Part shown: piece by piece, positions 57,892 to 64,000 of the stretch | How the letters are laid out: every line of letters begins with the position of its first letter | Numbering within the stretch: position 1 is the first letter of the stretch | Origin: Chitinophagaceae bacterium | Lineage (GTDB): Bacteria > Bacteroidota > Bacteroidia > Chitinophagales > Chitinophagaceae | DNA length: 64,000 nt | NCBI GenBank assembly: GCA_004028765.1 | Contig: SAIX01000038.1 | Coordinates: forward strand, 6,507 to 70,506 | Direction: 5' to 3' | Position numbers and translations under genes: made by a program | Notes under the pieces: model-generated | What the model saw: the letters and a program-made list of their open reading frames with translations, nothing else | What the model was told of the DNA's origin: nothing | Database searches by the model: none

Positions 57892-58254
57892 ATGCTTTCC
57901 ATCCACCTCCATCAACTCACCATCTTCGCCCATCATGGGATTTATGAGGAAGAGAAAGTATTGGGGAATGAGTTTGAACTGAACCTCACGATACAGTACC
58001 ATCCTGCAAAAACACCGGTAAAACATTTGAAAGAAACGATCGATTATGTGTCAGTGTATGAACTGGTGAAAAAGAGGATGGCAATTCCCACAGCCTTGCT
58101 TGAAACGGTGATCACTGAAATAGCCCGCCAGATACTGGATGAATTTTCCCTGGCCGAAACAGTTTCGATCAGTATCCGGAAAAAATATCCCCCGATCAGC
58201 CGCATCGATGGGAGTGTTGGCGTAAGTTTTGTAATGAACAGGCATGAAATGTAA
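57892..58254 (+). CDS. folB: Dihydroneopterin aldolase
   Basis: HHGIYEEE, TIDYVSVY, LLET, IRKKYPPI. Confidence 0.9.
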   Translation: MLSIHLHQLTIFAHHGIYEEEKVLGNEFELNLTIQYHPAKTPVKHLKETIDYVSVYELVKKRMAIPTALLETVITEIARQILDEFSLAETVSISIRKKYPPISRIDGSVGVSFVMNRHEM

Positions 58255-59017
58255 TGGCATGATACAATATTTGTCCGCGTTTTTTATATCAACGCTTTTA
58301 TGTACAGTCATATACGGGCAGGATATCAATGTGCTACTGAAGGAAGCCGATAATTTTGAGAAACAACAGAAAGAGGCGGAAGCGCTTGAAAAATACAAGC
58401 TGGTTCTATTATCCGATCCTGTGAACAGCAAAGCGCTTGTGAAAGCTGCAGAAATGAATGTTTCTCTCGGTAACCGGCAAACGGATAAGAACAGCAAACG
58501 GCTGTATTACGAAACAGCTTTATCGTTTGCAAACCGGGCCTATCAAGCTGACAGCACACAGGCCGATGCATCTTATGCGATGGCGATGACAAGTGGTAAG
58601 ATGACGGATGTTGAGAATGAAAATAAAAAGATCGTAGCCTATGTGAAAGATGTAAAACGCTATACGGAGAAAGCGCTTGCCCTGAAACCCGATCATGCAA
58701 AAGCCAATTATACGCTCGGTAAATGGCATTATGAAATGGCTACCTTATCAGGCATCAGGAAAGCAGCGGTGAAACTTTTTTATGGAGGTTTACCCGAAGG
58801 GACATTAGAAGATGCCATCCGTTACATGGAGAAATGCAAAACACTGGAACCTTATTTTGCCTCCAATTATTTAGATCTTGCAAAAGCATATAAAGAAAAC
58901 AGGCAGCCTGCACAGGCCATAGATGTATTGAACCGGCTGGTGAAACTGCCTACCCGTACAACCGACGATATTGGTGTAAAAGCAGAGGGCGCTAAACTGC
59001 TGCAATCCATGCAATGA
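58244..59017 (+). CDS. Secreted TPR-like helical-repeat protein
   Basis: Signal peptide; repeats such as ALALKPDHAKANYTLGKWHY. Recalled resemblance to RMD/RMDN-type proteins is unverified. Confidence 0.75.
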   Translation: MKCNGMIQYLSAFFISTLLCTVIYGQDINVLLKEADNFEKQQKEAEALEKYKLVLLSDPVNSKALVKAAEMNVSLGNRQTDKNSKRLYYETALSFANRAYQADSTQADASYAMAMTSGKMTDVENENKKIVAYVKDVKRYTEKALALKPDHAKANYTLGKWHYEMATLSGIRKAAVKLFYGGLPEGTLEDAIRYMEKCKTLEPYFASNYLDLAKAYKENRQPAQAIDVLNRLVKLPTRTTDDIGVKAEGAKLLQSMQ

Positions 59018-59066
59018 CCCATATAAAAATAATGAACGATCTTAATCACTGTTAAACTGCCAATAC

Positions 59067-59327
59067 ATGGAACTGCAACAATTATTCGAACAGGCCGTAG
59101 CCAACAGCAAACTGCTTTCCGAAAAACCGGATAATGAGACCCTGCTGAAATTATACAGCTTATACAAACAGGCTACAGAGGGAGATACTACTGAAACCGG
59201 CCCGGCAAACCCTTTTGATTTTGTAGCAAAGTTCAAACATGAAGCTTGGGCAAAACTGGCAGGCACTTCCAGGGAATCTGCCATGCAGCAGTACATCGAT
59301 CTGGTGAATGGTTTGAAAGGTGCCTGA
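59067..59327 (+). CDS. Acyl-CoA-binding protein (ACBP)
   Basis: LLKLYSLYKQATEGD, KFKHEAW, AMQQYIDLV. Confidence 0.92.
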   Translation: MELQQLFEQAVANSKLLSEKPDNETLLKLYSLYKQATEGDTTETGPANPFDFVAKFKHEAWAKLAGTSRESAMQQYIDLVNGLKGA

Positions 59328-59363
59328 TAAATTCGCCAGCGGGTTTTAATCGCGTCGTTTTCA

Positions 59364-60044
59364 TCAGCGCAGTAAATACCTTACTCCGAAACCAATATTA
59401 CCCAGTGAAAATGAATTAAGGCCTGTGGTCAGGTTAAAACCGCTTCCGGTACCCTGTGATGCAACGGTGCCGTTTGCAGAATAAGCGTTTGATCTGCCGT
59501 GATAATAACCAACCGAAAGCAGGTTATTGACGTTGCACGTCAGAAGGAACCGGTTACTCAATTCATACCAAAGCCCCATCCCCCCATTAATATTTATATC
59601 ATATCCTTTTGAATCCGAACTGCGGACATCATTTAAATAATTGGTACTGCTGGTATAAAGAAACCCCGCTGTTCCGGTAAAAGCCAGCGATAATTTTTTT
59701 ACGATCGGATGCAGCCTGGTTACTTCGGCGTAGATACCGGTGTTGTTATTTTTTACTTCCTGAAGTGTTCCGGAAGCACCCGGGTTATAGCGGTAATCGG
59801 TATACTGGTACTGAATGCCCATCCCAAAAACCCGGGAGGCAGAAGTGAATTTTGATAAGGACAGGTTTGCCCCGAAACTGTTAGATTTTGTAATGCTGCT
59901 TACAGGAATGGCAGGCGTTTGATCGGCCCGGCTGGTGCTGAAACTGATTTGCCCACCGATCATTTTTTTACCCGCACTGAACTGTGCGGAAGCGGAACCG
60001 AAACCAACGCAGGCAAACAAAAGAAAGGATACTGTTTTTTTCAT
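59364..60044 (-). CDS. Outer-membrane beta-barrel protein
   Basis: Signal peptide; alternating aromatic/Gly strands; C-terminal GFGVRY strand. Start moved to 60044. Confidence 0.7.
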   Translation of the reverse strand: MKKTVSFLLFACVGFGSASAQFSAGKKMIGGQISFSTSRADQTPAIPVSSITKSNSFGANLSLSKFTSASRVFGMGIQYQYTDYRYNPGASGTLQEVKNNNTGIYAEVTRLHPIVKKLSLAFTGTAGFLYTSSTNYLNDVRSSDSKGYDININGGMGLWYELSNRFLLTCNVNNLLSVGYYHGRSNAYSANGTVASQGTGSGFNLTTGLNSFSLGNIGFGVRYLLR

Positions 60045-60099
60045 AAGCAAAGATTTCTGCAATCAAAACAAGAATGATGCCAAAGCAGGTACCAGATTG

Positions 60100-61449
60100 T
60101 TAAATACGTTTCAGTTTCCATCGGCCGCTTTGCAAATACCAGAACGAAGGAACCAGTATAGTCGTCCAGTAAATCCATTCACTGGCCCAGCCCCAGGTAA
60201 TGGGTAATTGCAGGTATTCGAGCACGAAATACACATAGAAGCAATAAAGACTGATCGCTGCGATCTCTGAATAAAGATTCATTTTTGAATTACCGGTTCC
60301 CGTAACTGCATTCATCCATACAACCGAAACCGACATCAGCACCAGTGCACTTGATACAATGCGCAGCACCGGGATGGCCGCAGCGATAAAATCTTCTCCC
60401 TGCCCGTAAATAGACAAAAACAAGTGCGGAAAAATATTCAGGAAAATGCACACAAGCAATGCAAATCCCAGGCTCCATGCCATGATGCGATAAATCAGCC
60501 CGATGACCCTGTGCTGCAGGTTCTGCCCGATTACATTACTCACCATTGTATTTGCCGTTGCAGCAAAGGCCCAGGTAAAACATCCGAAGAAACCAAAAAT
60601 ATTACGCATGGTATTGGAGATCGCGAGATCGCGCTGACCATGGTGTTCGATGAGGATATAAAAAAATTCCCAGCTGATGATACTGATGGTATGTTGCAGG
60701 ATCAGCGGATAGGACTGCAGCAGGATATGTTTGGTATTGACAGCATCGTAGGCCCAGTTTTTAAAGAGATTGAGTTTGCGCGCCAGGCCATTGACGCGTA
60801 TCACGATAAAGATAACAGCCAGTCCGGCAAACTCTGCCATGATCGATGCATAAGCTGCCCCTTCAAAGCCCAGTTTGGGTAACCCGAAATGGCCATAGAT
60901 CAGTGCATAATCAAAAAAGATATTCATCACTGCTTCCGTTGCAGTTCCGATGATGAGGTAACGGCTCTGGTTGGTACCTACCAGCAAGGCATTGCGCATC
61001 TGGTACACGTATAAAAAAGGAAGACCCAGTATCCGAACCTGTAAAAAAGAAACACAGGTTTTTACCGATGCTGCATCATGCAATGCAAAGTGCAGCAGCA
61101 GGGGCGCAATGAACCAGGTGAGTAATATCCCAACAACCGAAAACACAAAAGCAATGCGCACACCCTGCGAAAAAAGATTCCCGATATCATCGATCCGGTT
61201 TTCGCCGGCCCTTCGCGAGATCAATGCCTGCAACCCATTGTTCAATCCATGGCCCACAACGGCAAAAATGAGATAGTACACACCTGTGATCCCTGCCAGC
61301 GCCAGTTCTTTCTGCCCCAGTGCGCCGAGAAAAATATTATTCGTGATAAAGTTGATCTGCGGTACAATGATGGCAGCAGTGATGGGCAGGGCAATACCAA
61401 GTATCTGCCGGTTGCTGATGTTTACCTGTAAATTGATCTCTTTTGCCAT
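60100..61449 (-). CDS. MATE-family efflux transporter
   Basis: IALPI..., DYALIYGHFGLPKLGFEGAAYAS, about 12 TM. Start moved to 61449; TAGTTTTG at 61459-61466. Confidence 0.9.
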   Translation of the reverse strand: MAKEINLQVNISNRQILGIALPITAAIIVPQINFITNNIFLGALGQKELALAGITGVYYLIFAVVGHGLNNGLQALISRRAGENRIDDIGNLFSQGVRIAFVFSVVGILLTWFIAPLLLHFALHDAASVKTCVSFLQVRILGLPFLYVYQMRNALLVGTNQSRYLIIGTATEAVMNIFFDYALIYGHFGLPKLGFEGAAYASIMAEFAGLAVIFIVIRVNGLARKLNLFKNWAYDAVNTKHILLQSYPLILQHTISIISWEFFYILIEHHGQRDLAISNTMRNIFGFFGCFTWAFAATANTMVSNVIGQNLQHRVIGLIYRIMAWSLGFALLVCIFLNIFPHLFLSIYGQGEDFIAAAIPVLRIVSSALVLMSVSVVWMNAVTGTGNSKMNLYSEIAAISLYCFYVYFVLEYLQLPITWGWASEWIYWTTILVPSFWYLQSGRWKLKRI

Positions 61450-61539
61450 AGCAGGTCGCAAAACTACTATTTTACCCAATCGCTCTCGTGCCGCTCAACC
61501 CTTCTGATTTTTATCTATCATTGCAGTGTAATTGAACGA

Positions 61540-62370
61540 ATGCTTACAAAAACAACTGCATATTACGACGCGTCGCTGCAAAATGATGCATCCGCCCGCA
61601 AGCTGATACTGGCCATCGGGGAAGAGGAATGGATCTGTATCGTAAAAGACCCGGAGCAGCATTCGGTACTGGGGTTTGAATTTTTCGAAAAAGAAAAAAA
61701 CACTGCAGGGTGGAATGATATTTTTCCGGAACTGCAGGCACAGTCTACTCTTTTAAGGGGAAAATACCGCGACAGCGAATGCTGGTTCCTGGACAAGGAA
61801 GCATTGCCCATACCGGCAGATCGTTTTTCAGTTACAGCCGCAGAAAGCTACCTGGATTTATTATATGGAGAAAATGCGGGTGCTGAATTGCGGTATGAAG
61901 AAGCGGTACCCGGTATTATGCTAGCATACCGCATCCCCAGGAAACTGCATGAACTCATTACCCGTCAAACGATTTTGTACAGCCCGCATCATATATACCA
62001 GGTATTTGCGAAAGATATTCTGCAGGGCGAAATACAGCAACCTGTTCTCAGGGTGCACCTGCTGAAACACCGGATGCTTGTTGCAGTGAGGGCCAACGGG
62101 CAATTGCAACTCCTGCAAACCTTTGTTTACACGGGTTGGGAAGATATCCTGTATCATCTTGTACATCTCGCTGAAAAATTCAGCTTCGACCGCATTCAGT
62201 CTGTATTGCAGGTAAGCGGTGAAATGGAACCAGGCTCGCAGTTGCATCTGCAATTGCAACCGTTATTCGGATTGATCGATTTTACAACGATAGAAACGGA
62301 TGGTGTATTTCAAACCCATACCGACCAGCCCGCACACCGTTTCACTCTCTTCCAAAAATTAGCGGTATGA
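61540..62370 (+). CDS. DUF3822-type protein
   Basis: Usual Bacteroidota gene before rsmD; LLQTFVY..EDILYHL motif. Confidence 0.65.
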   Translation: MLTKTTAYYDASLQNDASARKLILAIGEEEWICIVKDPEQHSVLGFEFFEKEKNTAGWNDIFPELQAQSTLLRGKYRDSECWFLDKEALPIPADRFSVTAAESYLDLLYGENAGAELRYEEAVPGIMLAYRIPRKLHELITRQTILYSPHHIYQVFAKDILQGEIQQPVLRVHLLKHRMLVAVRANGQLQLLQTFVYTGWEDILYHLVHLAEKFSFDRIQSVLQVSGEMEPGSQLHLQLQPLFGLIDFTTIETDGVFQTHTDQPAHRFTLFQKLAV

Positions 62371-62912
62371 GGATCATTTCAGGAAAATGGGGGGGGAGAA
62401 GGATCAGTCCGCCTGCTAATATGCCGCATACCAGGCCTACAACCGATATCGCAAAGGAAGGCTTGTTCAATATCCTGCAAAACCGGATGGATTTTGAAAA
62501 TGCCAAAACCCTTGACCTGTTCGGTGGAACAGGCAGTATCAGTTACGAACTGGCATCGAGGGGAGCGGGTGAACAGGTCATCATTGAAAAAGACCCAGCC
62601 ATGCATTCGTTTATCAAGAAAAATCTTGACATGCTAGGCACGGAGAACAGCAAAGTGCTGAAGATGGATGTGTTCACTTACCTCGACAGCTGCCGTGACG
62701 ATTTTGATTTTATTTTTGCAGGCCCGCCCTACGCATTGGGAAGTATTGATGAAATACCGAGGATCATCGTTACAAAAAAAATGATCCGGCCGGGAGGCTT
62801 TTTTGTGCTCGAACATACGCCCCGCAACCAGTATGAAAAGTTTGAGGGCTTTTCTTTTGCTAGGAACTATGGCACCACTTTATTTTCTTTCTTTGTGAAT
62901 GAGGCGCTCTGA
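62367..62912 (+). CDS. rsmD: 16S rRNA m2G966 methyltransferase
   Basis: MRIISGKWGG, RPTTDIAKEGLFNIL, LDLFGGTG, FAGPPY, RNYG. Confidence 0.92.
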   Translation: MRIISGKWGGRRISPPANMPHTRPTTDIAKEGLFNILQNRMDFENAKTLDLFGGTGSISYELASRGAGEQVIIEKDPAMHSFIKKNLDMLGTENSKVLKMDVFTYLDSCRDDFDFIFAGPPYALGSIDEIPRIIVTKKMIRPGGFFVLEHTPRNQYEKFEGFSFARNYGTTLFSFFVNEAL

Positions 62913-62926
62913 ATGCCGGATTGATT

Positions 62927-63583
62927 ATGGATACACCATTGTATTTTATTACAGGAACCGGAACGGATGTAGGTAAAACACTGGCAAGTGCCATACTTGC
63001 CGAATCGATGCAGGCTGATTACTGGAAACCTGTTCAGGCCGGTTATGAAAACGGAACAGATGCAGAAACGGTACGATCACTGATCAGTAACCTGTTTACG
63101 AAAATTCATAAAGAATCCTACTGCTTACAAACACCTGCATCCCCGCATATCGCTGCGAGAAATGAGAACCTTTTAATCGATATAAAAAAAATTGTGCTTG
63201 ATGCAAAGCAGATCCGTACTGACATCGGGAACAAACCGCTGCTGGTGGAAGGTGCCGGCGGTTTACTGGTTCCCATCAGTGATAATTTATTTGTGGCCGA
63301 TCTCGCAAAAGAACTGGGTGCAAAAATCATTCTTGTAAGCCGCAATTACCTGGGCAGTATCAATCACTCTTTATTAACGGCTGCTTATTGTAAACAGAAA
63401 AATTTACCTGTAGCGGGATGGATTTTTACGGATGATTATCTGCAGTATGAAGAGGAGATCGTAAAATGGACAGGCTACCCTTTGCTGGGCAGCATACCAA
63501 AACTTTCGGCAGTGAATAAAATAACCGTGAAGCAGGAAGCAGAGAAATTGCAGAAATCCTTACAGCAAAAAGGGTTGTTATGA
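62927..63583 (+). CDS. bioD: Dethiobiotin synthase
   Basis: FITGTGTDVGKT, YWKPVQAG, SPHIAA, VEGAGG, YLGSINH. Confidence 0.95.
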   Translation: MDTPLYFITGTGTDVGKTLASAILAESMQADYWKPVQAGYENGTDAETVRSLISNLFTKIHKESYCLQTPASPHIAARNENLLIDIKKIVLDAKQIRTDIGNKPLLVEGAGGLLVPISDNLFVADLAKELGAKIILVSRNYLGSINHSLLTAAYCKQKNLPVAGWIFTDDYLQYEEEIVKWTGYPLLGSIPKLSAVNKITVKQEAEKLQKSLQQKGLL

Positions 63584-64000
63584 AGAAAGATGAATTGCGC
63601 GGTATATTCCGGGAAAAAAGAGTTTCGCTCGACGGGAGGGACCGTTTGCGAATGGACGACCTTATGCTGCTGCAGTTCCAGCAAATGGATTACTCCGGAA
63701 TACGTACAGTGTTAAGTTACTGGCCCATCAGCGGTCATGCAGAACCCAACACGCACCTCTTTACAAGATACCTCGCCCATATTTTACCGGAACTGCAATT
63801 ATCCTATCCAGTTTCGGATACAAAGAAACATACGATGCAGGCCATCGCAGTAACAGAAGACACCATCTACAGTACCAACAAATGGGGCATCACCGAACCG
63901 AAAGAAGGGAATGAGGTACATCCACAACAGATCGATCTGGTTTTAGTGCCGATGCTGGTCTGCGATACCGATGGTTACCGTGTTGGATACGGAAAGGGGT
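63580..64000 (+). CDS. 5-formyltetrahydrofolate cyclo-ligase, truncated by the window end
   Basis: Not in the ORF track. Manual translation MKKDELRGIFREKR...NKWGITEP...IDLVLVPMLVCDTDGYRVGYGKG. Confidence 0.92.
   Translation, partial: MKKDELRGIFREKRVSLDGRDRLRMDDLMLLQFQQMDYSGIRTVLSYWPISGHAEPNTHLFTRYLAHILPELQLSYPVSDTKKHTMQAIAVTEDTIYSTNKWGITEPKEGNEVHPQQIDLVLVPMLVCDTDGYRVGYGKG

Overview
A 64-kb gene-dense chromosomal segment of a Bacteroidota bacterium, most likely Chitinophagaceae. This is inferred from TAnnTTTG -7 promoter elements, the nusB-DUF1573-yajC-coaE operon, a short region-1.1-less RpoD-type sigma factor, futalosine-pathway mqnE and many lipoproteins. Most content is housekeeping: groESL, dnaE, pgi, trxA/trxB, hemN, mutS2, sdaA, ltaE, folB, rsmD, bioD and one tRNA-Ser(UGA). 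No transposase, integrase, prophage or CRISPR array was seen. The strongest candidate for an undescribed system is at 5086-11134: two DUF4331-type genes that look like halves of one split protein, a His-rich TonB-dependent receptor, a HupE/UreJ-type membrane protein and a convergent TPR lipoprotein. These are tied together by three exact copies of an ECF-sigma-like promoter, AATCC-N16-CGTA. One copy drives an unannotated, structured ~140-nt RNA, and a near-copy precedes an exported MsrA 27 kb away. Other signals: (i) eight intergenic 7-9-nt periodic arrays, mostly fitting an R-R-T-Y-R-R-R skeleton and several with inverted arms; (ii) three copies of a 40-bp octamer-built REP-like element; (iii) two tandem enzyme/pseudoenzyme paralog sets (YhhN x3, M14 peptidase x2); (iv) a Tat-type Fe/Mn SOD lacking the conserved gateway tyrosine; (v) DnaA boxes upstream of dnaE. 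All calls come from reading the sequence and recalling family motifs; no searches were run. Several start codons were moved downstream of the ORF-track starts.
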